Shown piece by piece: positions 50,820 through 64,000 of a stretch of 64,000 nt of DNA; the first letter of the stretch is position 1, and each line of letters starts with the position of its first letter. Made by a program: the position numbers and the translations under genes. Below the pieces are notes generated by a model that worked only from the letters and a program-made list of their open reading frames with translations, searched no databases and was not told the DNA's origin. This DNA is from Phoronis australis (lineage: Eukaryota; Animalia; Phoronida), in assembly GCA_002633005.1 (NCBI GenBank), contig NMRA01000723.1, positions 116,675 to 180,674 on the forward strand, in the 5' to 3' direction.

Positions 50820-51285
50820 GCGTCGACGTAAACAGCGCAGTTAACAGGACCATTCATACTGGCTTCGGTAGTTAATAACCATCGAAGTATTTAAGGGTGA
50901 CGCTGACATCATCGAAGTTATCCCAAGGTAGCGCTGCACGCTAAGATTTTTTCAATGTGACAATTTGGGAACATTTAAATGTGCTAAATGACATTAAACT
51001 CATTTTTAAATCGATTGGTTATCATTAGAGCAAAAAATAAGTAGTTATTAGTGATGGCACTACTCTGTAACTGTTGACGATAACAGTGGCACCTGGCGAT
51101 AACTTCGATTGGACCGGAGTTAAGCGTTCATACTGCACCGCAGCGTCGACGCTGCAGTCTTAAATCCACCTATTAACTGCGATGTTAACTGGAGCTGTTA
51201 ACTGTGATCCAGGACCGGAGTTAAGCGTTCATACTGACAGCAACTCCCCAAACCATCGACGCGTCGACGTTAGTATGAAAGGCCC
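50820..51285 (-). mobile_element. PIF/Harbinger-like MITE, inverted relative to the 36021 copy
   Basis: Minus strand begins GGGCCTTTCATACTAACGTCGACGCGTCGATGG and is colinear with 36021-36455. Confidence 0.75.
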
Positions 51286-53450
51286 TATCTAAATAACCAG
51301 ATATCTGTGGCGGCTGTTGCTTTCCGCTTTGAAGACACTCACAAATGAAGGTGATAAAAGCCCAAGGTGTCACCCAATTTAGATATGCAATAAAACATGG
51401 TAAACCCAAATTTTATCCCATTCTGCCCGATAGCATTTTATATGGAAAAGCTGTAATCAACGATTTCGCTCTGATTGGGGTCCATCATCCAAACTGCACC
51501 ACTCCAGTCAAGTACTTCTACACCCTGATTGCAGAGGATGTTGATTTTGAATGTCGAATTTAGAATGCAAGTGAATTGCTATTAAAATTTTGAAATTGCA
51601 AGTTTTTGAAAAACATGTGAGACCACACAGCTCTATTTATCTTGAAGATATGCCAGCCACTGACAGAGACGCTGCTATCACGTTGCTTTAGTTTTATAGA
51701 AAAAGCTCACAAATTCCCACAAAATTTCATTTTTCAAGAGGTTCTAACAGTGTTGTACCCATATTTTTCAAAATGTTCTCTGGTGGTAGTAGTGACAGAA
51801 AACTTGAACAGGGTAAAAGCATTAATTTGGTGGCACTAAACTTTTATGAAAAAAGAAAATAAAATGGACCTTGCTATCTCGTATTGCTGAGCTTGGAAAA
51901 AAATCCCAGCTTGGAAGAGAGTATTTTGGGGTGTGGCCTTCTGGGGCCAAAAACCAAATGAACACAATGGACAACCTACTACAGTAATCAATTAAAGAGG
52001 ACAATATTGCACAATCCCATGTCTTCCATGAACAGACAAACAGCAAAATGAAAAATAAGCAATTTAACATTTTTGTTCAGCAACAAATAATGTTGTGACG
52101 AGTGAAAACTGAGTCAGTACCCAGCAACAGGTTGTGCTGTCAAAAATTTGAATGCTTTTACGTATGAAAGATTCTATTTTCTCATTCACTGACAAAAATA
52201 AAGGAATCAACCATTACCTTTTAAATGTATTGAGCAGTGTTCTGGTGCGACTACTGGAACATCCCATCTCACAATGGAGAGTGTCAAATGTTTTGATTTA
52301 ATTTTCTGATGGTCGAAAAAATTGTCATAAAGTAAGTTGACTTGTTTTCTATGGTTCAACTTTCTTCATTTTACTTTGAAGTTTCATATTTGGGCATGAC
52401 CTAATAAGCACTGTGTTGGTCACAGAGAAAAACATGTGTGGTCTGTTTTTGACTCACATATGATTTGGTACTATGATATCTATCATTGATCAACAGACTA
52501 CAAAGATGTTGTCAGTAAACTACATAGCAGTCTCATGGCACGCACATACACCAAACCCATAGACAAGGCAGCATTCATCAACCATCCACCATGCTCAGAG
52601 TGGATGAATCAAGATCGATTCATTGCCATGTAGCAATACATTCACAAGAACCACACTTAATCTCCAATGGCCAACTGTTGTACCTGGCCAATTGCAGAAA
52701 GATACTGATTTGTCATGCAGGGCAAAGTGAATTCAATGGATGAGAGAATGCAGGCAGTATATTGATACAAAGCTCAAGGCTTCTCAGAATCAATGAGTCA
52801 CCCAAGCCACAGTTCCACTGGATGGCTGATATGACTGACTTGTGGTCAGAGAGAGAGAGAGGCTCAGGCCACAAGAAATAAGCTGTTTAACATCACACAA
52901 TAAACACAGGTCAGGCAGCAGTGGGATTGGCAATGAAAAGAATTGGATGTGTGGAAGGTACATGGTTTGGAGAAAGCTCATCACTGAACTCAGTGCAACG
53001 CAACTAGAACTATAAATATTGTGTATGTTGAAACTGTGGTTAATCCATCCAGGTCCTATCTTAAAACTCGGGAGCCCGGGGAGAGAATGTGTTCTATTCC
53101 ACAAAACATAGAACGTGGCATATTGAAAATCCAGAACAAAGAGAAAACAGGAATCCCAGACAATACCAAATTATCAAACCCAGAGACAAACCCTCACTTT
53201 TGTTCACCCACAAATTAAACTGACAGTGATATCAGCACCACAGTGGACAGACAAAAAAGTTTCCACATAACCAAAACTATAATTACGGTAACACTCAGTC
53301 ATTCACCATCCTTCCTTCAAAAGGTGTAGACCAATATAACCAGAGAGGACTTGGTTACAAAGAGGGGGTGTAACAGCTTGAAAACCTTCAAACAAATTCT
53401 ACATAAAGATGTATTTGTATAGTTGGTAGCAGCCCTTCCTTTACACAAAC

Positions 53451-53597
53451 TTCGTTAAAAACACGACTAGGCTTTTTGTTTACAAGCTTGATACTGGTAC
53501 GCTCGTAGTTTTGGAACAGTCTCCTTTCTTCAGGTGTGCAGGTATGCGTACCAGTATCAAGCTTGCAAACAGAAAGTCTAGTCGTGTTTTTAATGAA
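53451..53597. repeat. 147-bp hairpin (52-bp arms, 43-nt loop)
   Basis: Arms 53451-53502 and 53546-53597 differ at about 4 positions. Confidence 0.9.
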
Positions 53598-56126
53598 AGA
53601 TGCATTAGCATGCTTCTAACGATGCTAATGTATAGCACCAGCTAACCGACAATAGTACTTTAACATAACCTAAGCTGAACAAAGTGAAAACAAAAAATTC
53701 TGCAAATAGGAGGCCTTTGCACTAATGGCATATCTCGCAGGCTCACATAGCCCGCACCATGCAGTATCACTATACTTGCTGGACACGGTTCACTGATTTG
53801 AGGAGGATCATTTTCCCCACAAATCTCGTTCTTAAAAACATTTGGCACTTTTCAAGCTATTTTATATTCACAACATTGATATAGTTGTGTTTCTAACTAA
53901 TTTGGCCAAGCAATCATAGAGATAAGAATTATCCTGCAATTTCCACTAGACTATAGAAACCAGTGCACTTTCTATCAATTGTTTCAACAGTATATTTGTT
54001 CATCATAATAACTTTAAACAAACAAGACCTAATCTCCCCTTAGCAGATAACAGCAGTGTGACTAAACAAGGATGAATGACTGACTGACTGAACAGTTGTA
54101 CATACAGTTCATGCATTCTTCAAAGTAAGCACACAAGTTTTATCATCAAAGAAGCATTAGTCATGACCACCAGATGTCACCACAGTCTTGTGCAAATGAC
54201 CTTTATCCACACCTTTGTCTTTTAATGGGTCAATCCTCCAGAAATCAATTTCAAACACACAACCTACATAATCCAATGACCAACATCAGTTCAATGAGCC
54301 TCTATGCCTTATCATTGACCAAACTTGGATAATATTTAGGTTACAATGTATTTGGATGGCAGTCAAACCACAAACCACTTATTCTGTTAGCCGATTTCCT
54401 TGGTGCTTGATGAACCTAAATGCATTATTAAAAACAAATTCCTTAAAATACACCACAGGCAAACAAGAACATTAAAATTCCAGAAACTAATATAGACCGG
54501 CTACAGTCCAGGTCAGCATGTATCCGTGAAACGAATACACGTTTTTTTAAGTATCGCTCTGCAAAATTAGTTTTTTAATTATACTATTTATTTAGAATGT
54601 AACATGAATATGATCAGAAATAGATGGCTCCAACCCGTGAAATGAGAAAATTAGAACAGAAGACAAAAACAGAATATATTTTAAGAGCCTAACAAGATAT
54701 ATTCACGTAAGTACTGAACACGCCCGGGTTAATGCCCACATTCAGCTTAAAGCCCGCACGTAAAACTTGCACTTTAAACACCCATGCTGACCCCTAATTT
54801 ATGCCGTCAACACTTGAAAACGCCCATGTCTTTGCAGTTGTCAATCTTGTGTGAATTTCAGCTCCATAAACATAGTATGAAACTGGCTTACCTTTGAGTA
54901 ACTAACAGTCCCAGTTTCAGAGATCGGACCTTGCCCCTATAGTCTTGCACTACGTTTTACTTGAATCGTGCTTGCAATTCCAATATGTTTACCTGAACTG
55001 CCCCCCCCAAAAAAAAATTGTTTACTATATGGTCCCCTGTGCCATTTTATTTTAGATCTATCCACATGTACTCAGCAGTCTGTAGGACACCCTTGACAAA
55101 CAGCGCATCGCTCGATACATGGGGATACTTTAATACATTTTAGTACCTACGCTGATCATTTTAGTTTTACTAGTTTTACTATTTTATATTGTTATACGTT
55201 GGTAACTGCACGGCATTGCAACATCTATTTGATTCCTGATTTTTGAGTTCTCCAATTCAAGCGTCCTGAACATGAACCTACCCAAGTACTGAACTAGGCA
55301 AGCGGCCACAAGTATTAGGACTGTTGGTTGGGACCATGCCTTTTCTTAAACTGTACATTTATGTTTACGATTACAAGTTTATTTCAAAAACATCACATCA
55401 TTGCTAAAAACTGTGGAGCCTCGCCATTTCTGGTGAAGCAATAAAGGTGCTAAAATGATCAACATCACTGGGTCACAACAGAGCATGTTCAAAGAACAAT
55501 TAATCACACTGAAGAAATCAGACTAAAGCAAAGAGAGAGCTCAATATACACATCCAGCATACCGGTTCCAGGTTTCAACAAAGCTTACCAAGAAACCAGC
55601 ATTTTCAGAACTTAGCATTTGACAAACAAAAATCATTACCACACATCACAATAAAGAAATGTTGCCAAACGAGCTGGCGATTCAAGTCACAAGCAATGCC
55701 TACATGCGCCATTTATGAATTCACAGTTTTAGAGTTCACTGATCAATCCCTATAAAATTAAGTAATTTCTTGAGTCTTTGAAAGTTCTTGTTGGTAAGCG
55801 GATATCAATACTTATCACAGTAATTAATATTAGGGGCAAAAGTGGCTTAATACTTATTTGTTTTTTGGACTTTTTGACAGTTAAATACTTATCAAATACA
55901 GTTTTAAATGACATGGGTACGAGGTCAAATCTCTGAGCTCTAACACAAATAATTGTCTTCACCCAGATATGTTTTTAGCGCTTTCTGTACTAAACTCCAA
56001 TAATTGTACCTTACATTTTCATAATGAATTTTTTTTAAAATTGGTAGATGAAGCACCAAGAACCTCCATAATGTCATTTTTTAAGAAAATCATGTTATCA
56101 TCCACACAACTTATCATCAATGCGGT

Positions 56127-56250
56127 TCTTGACCCACCGGATACCATTATCATAACTCTTGACCCACCCGATACCATTATCATAACTCTTGACCCACCGG
56201 ATACCATTATCATAACTCTTGACCCACCCGATACCATTATCATAACTCCT
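56127..56250. repeat. 30-bp minisatellite, 4 copies
   Basis: TCTTGACCCACCSGATACCATTATCATAAC x4. Confidence 0.92.
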
Positions 56251-56287
56251 GGCTAACCCACTCCCATTATCATCATTTTGTACTTAC

Positions 56288-56352
56288 CGGCAGCTCAGCA
56301 CTGTCAGTAGCAATTCCTGTATGGCACTGCTGGGACACAACTGGACCATCCG
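56288..56352 (-). CDS. probable upstream internal coding exon of RNF38
   Basis: Strong acceptor cctaccttttttcacag| and donor CCG|GTAAGT; 65 nt; open frame xDGPVVSQQCHTGIATDSAELP ends in phase 0, fitting the 27495 acceptor across a 28.8 kb intron; no homology support. Confidence 0.6.
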
Positions 56353-59300
56353 CTGTGAAAAAAGGTAGGATTGGTAAGATATAAAGAAGTGTACACAGAT
56401 ACACACACAACAACTGGTACAGTGTAGAATTAAAATTTCAAAAATAGAAAAAAATGAAATCGGATAACTCATTTTTTTTACAAAAACTGATACAGCGTAG
56501 GTCAAAATGAAACAAGTACTAAATATAATACAACGGAAATGAGAAAATTAACTGAGTATACAACCAAACATTTTACTATAAAGGTTTAAGAGGTAACACA
56601 TGGTGGGCAAATGGGATTTCATTGTCAACAGAAAAAAGTTTAGAGACAGTTTTGTCTTGCTATTAGTTTGGTTTATATGACACATCTGTAACCTTATGAC
56701 ATGTATATTATTATTTTGAGTATTTGCAGCTCTGAAGCAAGCCTTCAAAGACGAAAAAAACAACTTTAGTAATATAGTACTATCCCAACAGGAAGAATTT
56801 TCACCATAAGAACAATAAGCCTTCCCACAGCCAGCTGTAGGGTCAGGCTAATAAAATATCCGGCCCATCGCTTTGAGCACAGACGCACTGCCTTAAAAAT
56901 GTTAAGTTTCTCATGAGAAAAGCGAGATCACGCAAGTCCCCATGAGATATCAACATAAAAGCATTCACATTATCTTTAGTAGTGAATGTAGACAGTCTAT
57001 AAAACATGCAACCCTGCTCAACAGATGGCGCTACACTATCAGTCCATTTGTCCAACAACAAACAGACCACGTGAACAGATTTTTCCTCTCAAACTATTCA
57101 GATAACAAAAAGAATGAATTTCCTTCATCAGAACCATCTGCGGTCTGTTTCAGAAAAAGTGACATGAGATATAAATTTGGTCTTCAGCTCCTTATTCACA
57201 ATTACAAAAAAGTTTTAGCCACCTAACAATGAGTCCATCACAGTCCTTAAATATTTTATAGAAATTATCTCAGTTAGCTAGCATTTAAGTATATTCTCAG
57301 GGTCTTCACACTTTTGCTCAGGTGACATGTCTTCCAGGACCAGTTGTGTGGACCATAAGACCAAACTTCTGTCTTACGCAAGTCTAATTCACTTTTTACA
57401 AACAGACTACTGGGCTGGATTGCATAAAATTATAAAAATCCAATTAATCTATCAAGTGCATTATTCAACAAATGTGTGATAATATGACATCATTATTGCA
57501 TTACCCAACCAGACCCTGGTTAATATGGCAAGTCTACTGTAATATCTCGCTTCACAAAGATCAAAATAGGGACAAACTTGGTAATTATTTCAAAGATAGT
57601 GCAAGGCCACAAAGAGTCTTAACCTAGAGTTTACTGATGCATACCCATACACTAGTAAACAGACCAAGTACCCTGATCCTGGGGGCAAATGTCAGCAATA
57701 TTACGAGGTTACAATACAAGCACTTGACATTCCTACTGGAAAATCACATTCATCTGAAGAACCCATTGAAGGTTATCACTTTTTCCTTGAAACACTTTTG
57801 CATTTTCAAATTTTGTACCATTGCCACTATCTGATAGTCTTTAAAAACAAATATGGGCATTAAGAATGACATAAGAAGCCCCTGAAAAATCAAAACGGGG
57901 GTTTTGGCAATTATTTTTGTACGAAATTGGTAAGATTTTAATGAATCAGAGAGACCGAATTTCCCAATTCTGTTTCCCCATGAAGCCCATTCGCCCAAAC
58001 AGTAGCATATAAAATTTGAGCAAACAATACTTGACAATGTTAGTGCATTTTGCAAAGTATTAAAAAACATTAAAGCAGTATGATAGACTGTTTTCACCAC
58101 AATGCCTTACACGAGACTTATGAACATGGGGAAGACTGGATTTAAATTGAATGGAAAACGGTAAGTACGGAAATTCATTTATTAATTCATGCACTAATAA
58201 TTCACAATCCTTAGATTTTAGTTTACGTACCTAAATCGCATCAATATTTCCCCTAAATGTTTGTTCACCTTACTGATAATCTAATGTTTCGCTCCCAAGC
58301 AAAGACTTGTAATAAGTGCAGCGTGTATCTATGGAAACAGTAAGTTACACAACTTTGTAATAAATTAGGAAGATTATAATCAGAAGCCTGCCTACATCAA
58401 ACCCTCAAACCAGAGTATGATTTTGTTTTTGTCACTAGACATAAGGATTTATTAGCATTGTCAACAATAGTTAGTTTCACGACATCTTATATCTTCACTG
58501 TCCTTCTTTTCCTAACCTTCCCATAACTGTTCATTGTGCACCGTATTCTCATTTATCCAACAAAAACTCATGACACTGCAAAGCCCATAGCAAGGCGCTA
58601 AAGCTCAATACATATTAACTAGGACAGGCTGGTTGTGAAAAATGCAAACCCATACCAGGTCACAGATTGAATGATTGGCCCATTATCTAGGCATGGTTCA
58701 ATGTTGAGTACAGTAAACAGGCACCACAAACCACCAAATTGATTCTAATGGCCACTAGACTGTAGAGAAAATAGAGTAATGTAGTATAGGACTGCGTGCA
58801 AGCTGAGAACAAGTTTCTTCCATTAGCAAGACATGGCGGCAAAATCGGTTGATTGGTTTCCAGTTCTAATGAGCTCAGCACATTCACAAAATCATGGTTT
58901 ATGCATGATGTATGTGACTGTAGTGGGGCCTCAGTGTATGCTATGGAGTAAACATATACACAGTTGTAATGTTAAGCATCAGGTCTCAAGAGTACACCAC
59001 CTAGGACTATCACATCTATCATCTGAGAAATAATTTTCAACAAGTCAGGAAAAGTTTGATGGTGCTGTCAGCGCCTGCATAAACAACACACCACTTCTGT
59101 CTCCAGTGATAATTGACAACTTGATGCTCACGGAGTGGTGCTCATGAAGAAATGTCCCTCATTTTAACTACTCATTTAATTGAGGGTTCTGGTCACTTTT
59201 ACAGGGATCCCACATTTTGAGAATGATTTTGTCCACTGAGTAATGGGCATGGAACCGGTAACAAACATGGGACAACTACAAATCATTATTGTCACGATGA

Positions 59301-60761
59301 CAACAGAAAGGTCAAGGTCCTTCCTGATAAACCCCAGTGCATGCATTCTCGTTACACTAATATGCCGCCCAGTGAATTTAGAGTCCCCCAGAATGTCACT
59401 AAAGAGTTACAGTAAAATGTCAACAATTTGCGACACAATGCGTTGGGCAAGTAAAATATTTTTTTCATTAAAGATATGAAGCACAAAATTAGCACTTTAT
59501 CAGTCTGAACTCTAAAGACATGAAAAAACAACAAATTTTGGCAATTATTTTTGTCTGAAGTTGTTTTTACCGTACACGAGTTCTTAACTCGTCAGTTTTA
59601 CTGAGTTAGGGTGATGTTGATCTCTCATATTTTTCTTCTAAGTGCCCCTTGCAGTGGCTAACATTTTCCAAAGTGCATGGCTGTTGTACAACTACCAAAC
59701 GATCTGAGTGGGCGCCATTTTTCAAGCATTTAAAGCCGCATTTTATCGTTTAGCTGGCTACAAAACGAAAATAAAATGAGGCATTTTATTTTCATGAAAT
59801 CATAATATTCCTCATCGTGATAGGATTAAATTTCCATTTCCAACAAGAACATCGAAACCAGTCAATAACCATTCAAGAAAACGCTTCAGAGTTTATTGGG
59901 TTCACAAATCATAACATTGCAGACTCTTGTGCCAGCAAGCGTTGATAGTCACCGGATCATGTGGCACCAATTAAAGATTGGATGAGTGTGATGCAAACTC
60001 CATAACGCTTTGGTTAAGAATTCAACATTGAGAACTGAACACCGACGAAATGCAGCTTTTAAGTTCACAGTCGTTTGAAGGAACATGAATAAAAGATCCC
60101 ATCACGTGTTTAATTTCACCTGAACAAACAACTCTTTTGTCTATACAAAGATCTTCGAGGTGCAGTAAAGAATGCTTAACTTACGAGAATACTTATATGG
60201 TAAAGTCTCACCAATTTCAGACAAAAATGATTGCCAAAAATTATCATTTTCATTTTCATATTTCAAGGAACGCTGCTATGAATTATTCGCACAGTTCTTC
60301 AAAACTTCATCTAACAGTTGCTGTGGTACCAAACCTGAACATAAAAAAGCATTTAATTTAGTCCTGCACATGTCTCAAGGCAAAGATGATTTTACATGAT
60401 TTGAGATACCAAAACATGACAATTTTGCACACTTCATGATTCGAAAATTAGCACAAGTCGGACATGCTTAATTAAATGAATCAAACCTTGTCTGGTTTTT
60501 GTGACTAAAGTGACTTGAGAAATTCCAATGTTATGGCCAGTTCAGATTATTTGACCTATGATAGATTTTGCTGGTCTCAAACTATCTTTACTCAAGTCTT
60601 GTTTGTTATAAACTACAACTTTCAGTCCAAAACTGAAGCTACATACAGCTGCCAACACCATGCTAAAATAAATCAAGTTTGCACAGTGATTATGGCTGTG
60701 GAAGTGATCAATGAACTCAGTTGGTCCATAGCATCACAGTGTAAACTTAACACTAACTCAC

Positions 60762-60813
60762 CATACCAAACAACCCTAAAGCAGTGTCTAGACAACAAGA
60801 GGCCCTGGGTCAT
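60762..60813 (-). CDS. speculative first coding exon upstream of the 56352 exon (duplicated after the gap)
   Basis: caaaATG context, MTQGLLLSRHCFRVVWY, donor TATG|GTGAGT in phase 1, which fits the 56352 exon. Confidence 0.25.
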
Positions 60814-60860
60814 TTTGCCCCATGAAAATCTTGCTGTACTCAAAAGAGGGACCTATTACT

Positions 60861-61328
60861 CACGGGTGAGAAACAACATGACCGACTCACCCAAACAGGA
60901 CTGACGCACCTATAAACATGACCGTCCCACCACAAAACAGGACTGACGCACCTAAAAACATGACCGCCCCACCACAAAACAGGACCGCCGGGGACTGAGT
61001 AGTTAAGGCCTTTGTGTGATACTGCGGGTTATGACGTAACCGGTCAGATAGCTGTGTAAAGACTATCGCCAAAATAAAGCTTGACAGCCTTGCGTTATTG
61101 AGCTCCGTTACATCCCCGACATTGCCCACAGCCCGGGTAGTTCTGCTCGTCACCTCGTCGTGGAACTTACATCAACATGTAGTAGAGCGCGCGACCGATG
61201 CAGGCGCATGCAAAATCTAGGCGTCAACCAACACTCACCTTGCAGTTTGCAACCGCTTGAGTGAAAAACAATCTAATGAACTGTTGTAATAATAAGTGAC
61301 ATGTGCACGCGCCATTTCCTCAGAAAAA
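60861..61328. mobile_element. end of a CAC-terminated DNA transposon (CMC/Chapaev-like) running into the gap
   Basis: Starts CACGGGTGAG exactly where this copy diverges from the empty-site copy at 61599-61710; subterminal AAACA(T/G)GAC(C/T)G repeats about every 20 nt. Confidence 0.6.
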
Positions 61329-61598
61329 NNNNNNNNNNNNNNNNNNNNNNNNNNNNNNNNNNNNNNNNNNNNNNNNNNNNNNNNNNNNNNNNNNNNNNNN
61401 NNNNNNNNNNNNNNNNNNNNNNNNNNNNNNNNNNNNNNNNNNNNNNNNNNNNNNNNNNNNNNNNNNNNNNNNNNNNNNNNNNNNNNNNNNNNNNNNNNNN
61501 NNNNNNNNNNNNNNNNNNNNNNNNNNNNNNNNNNNNNNNNNNNNNNNNNNNNNNNNNNNNNNNNNNNNNNNNNNNNNNNNNNNNNNNNNNNNNNNNNN
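61329..61598. other. assembly gap
   Basis: Run of N; sequence 60749-60860 is repeated immediately after it. Confidence 0.99.
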
Positions 61599-63759
61599 AA
61601 CACTAACTCACCATACCAAACAACCCTAAAGCAGTGTCTAGACAACAAGAGGCCCTGGGTCATTTTGCCCCATGAAAATCTTGCTGTACTCAAAAGAGGG
61701 ACCTATTACTAGGATCACATGAATCGTGAAAAACATTAGTGTTTCAGCTACATAGATGACCTGTCCGCAAAGGGTTCATATTCATGAGTACTGAGTTTGT
61801 TTCCTCATCACCGCAGTCTGCCTTTAAGTAAAATTTGATCTAAAAAATACTACCTCTCTGATATACATTGAATACGATAAACACAGACCCTTGTGCACGA
61901 GTGTCCTCTGTAGAAGACGGTCTGGCTACGAAATTGCAAGCGAATACGCTAGTAGTTTTGGGGTAAGCCAGATGGCCAGCAAAGCGCTAGCAAAAGTGAC
62001 ACTGCTAATCATTCACGTTTTTGCGATTGGCGAAAAAAACTAAAGAAAACACTGGTGCCTTAGCCAGTTTGCAAGTGTCGAGACATAAAGAAAGTCAGTA
62101 GGCACATGCGTTGTAGAGCGAGGGTTCATACAACCAACATTTAAGAAACCAGGTAGCAAATGCTTAGTCTTTCCTCAACAACCCTTCAGTGTTCCCATGG
62201 ATAGCTGTGTTGGGGGTCTAAATCAGGTAGATTGGGCATGGGTTGAGCAACCTTGAAAACCAAAATAAGCTGCTTCATTAGTGCCATTCTCATGTGAAAA
62301 TTGGTGGAAATGAATTCTGAATATTTTTTCACTGGGAAAAAATTTGGCATTGAGGCACAAATTTGCTGCTATTCTGAATTCCTTCAAGTTTTTCTGGATT
62401 AACACCAGGGAAAATTATTGATGACCTACATGGTTTGTTGATTCAATTAAAATTCTGATAGTTATCGGTATCATATAACCATTGGTGCTGGTCCATGCAT
62501 TGTACTGCACTGACTGTGTAGTGTCAGTGTCTGCAAACAGGAGCAACGTAACATTCTGGTACTCATGAATCCTTTTGGGACTCAACCGTTTATGGAATTA
62601 ATTAGGTGTGTTTTTACCGAGATGTTTCTGGGATTTCCGAATATATGTGATTTGTACCAACGGTGGCTTAATTTCGTGTCAAGACGATCAGTTGAAACTG
62701 CTCAACTGAACACAACTCGAGGTGGCGCTGTGACTACACTGTGAACTAGTAGCTTTAAGTAGAATACCAGACGACAGGGTATTTGGGTCCATATCTCCTG
62801 CCCGGCTTACCACCTAGTTTAACATACAAGCAAGAATACCACAAGGCACAGGTGCGCATGTATGCTTGGTGGAGATGCCTGTTGACCCAGAAATCGTCAT
62901 ATGGCAATGAAAGCACGCCTAGTTTTGCGAGTCAGAACACACCTTCCAATAAATGCTCTTCCAGTCACAAGTCTAGCAGTTATTTCATAATGATGTTTTG
63001 CTAAATTTCTGGAAGATGTACAATATATTTCAAAAAACATCTCCCCCACTAATTCATTGCACTTAAATTATTGAAGGCATGATACAAAAAGCCAGCATCA
63101 ATATTTAAAATTTGATTTATGACAGTGTTCATGAAGATACATTTACACGGTAAAACTAAAGCCTCTGTTTAATACCAAAGAGAAATTTGTGGCTCCACAT
63201 GCGTACTCCCATTGGTGCTTAGATACCTATGAATGATCATAATTTTCCTTACTGCATTTGCATAGTTTAAATTTGAAGCATTTTAGCAGCAGTGACCAAC
63301 TTTATTACGTCAGTTGTTAAGCTTTAAGTACAAGTATTGTTAAATATCACCAACATAAGGACAAGATATAGTAAGCAGGTGAAAGTTTATATTCGCATTT
63401 TTTCAGAAATGACACAAACCACCAATACTACATTGTGGCTACCAACAGAGAATATTTTGGGAAAAATGTGGGCACTCAACAGAAGAAACCTTTAAAAATG
63501 AAGAAAATGCAGTTGTAGCATTTATCATGTCTGAAATTGGCAAAGAACTGAAGTCAATAGAGCCTAATTCTTACAACCAGTAACACAGACTTTTATTACC
63601 CAGCTACAATGTTCGCATTGATAAAATATGCATATTTTATTACACAACATTAGTCACCCTTTTAAAATCCAACACTCCTTTGTTTTCTGCTGATGCCAGC
63701 TTGGCATATTGTGTTGATTTACCTGGTAGTTACCCTGAGAAGGCCAATTGTAGGAAATA

Positions 63760-63935
63760 CTGTAAACGTTCGGGTTAACGCCCTGGGCGGTTAAATTGGC
63801 AAACCCAAAAAATTGGGGGTGGGCGGTTAACCAGACATGGGCGCTTAAACGTGAAACTTCAAAAAATCCAGGGTGGGCGGTTAACCGAACATGGGCGCTT
63901 ATTATAACAGGCAAGCGCCCTGGACGGTTAATCTT
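63760..63935. mobile_element. probable pogo/Tc1-like MITE end
   Basis: TA|CTGTAAACGTTCGGGTTAACGCCC start, repeated GGGCGGTTAA/GGGCGCTTA motifs; similar sequence near 54710. Confidence 0.45.
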
Positions 63936-64000
63936 ACCTCGTGATCTAAGTACCCACACCACACACGTAGTCGTAGGCCTACTCGGAACGCGTAGCACTT

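Noticed and set aside
28000-60000. Many 60-130 aa ORFs from the six-frame track
   Set aside because: No recognisable domains, many start at non-ATG codons or derive from tandem repeats, and lengths are at chance level for intronic DNA.
61235-61693. ORFs spanning 61.2-61.7 kb
   Set aside because: Artefacts of translating through the N gap.

Overview
AT-rich, repeat-rich, intron-containing animal genomic DNA. It looks like an invertebrate from a heterozygous draft assembly; the species cannot be determined from the sequence. I reconstructed three genes by hand with phase-consistent GT-AG introns. (1) The 5' part of SRP72 (minus strand, exons 1-4, continuing off the left edge). (2) A complete mitochondrial polynucleotide phosphorylase PNPT1 (plus strand, only 4 coding exons, 767 aa), head-to-head with SRP72, with just 77 nt between the two start codons. 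(3) An RNF38/RNF44-family RING-H2 E3 ligase (minus strand) with a ~3.2 kb 3' UTR and very long 5' introns holding several candidate alternative N-terminal exons. The most striking feature is an uninterrupted 923-codon ORF (23552-26323) inside an RNF38 intron on the same strand. Its last codon overlaps a splice donor in exactly the phase needed to fuse it to the RING-containing exons, predicting a ~1290-aa isoform with an unrecognised helical domain. The rest is intronic/intergenic DNA with hAT-, Harbinger-, Tc1-, Kolobok- and CMC-like non-autonomous elements, a decayed LINE, foldback hairpins (one with a hammerhead-like loop), minisatellites and three haplotype duplications adjacent to Ns.
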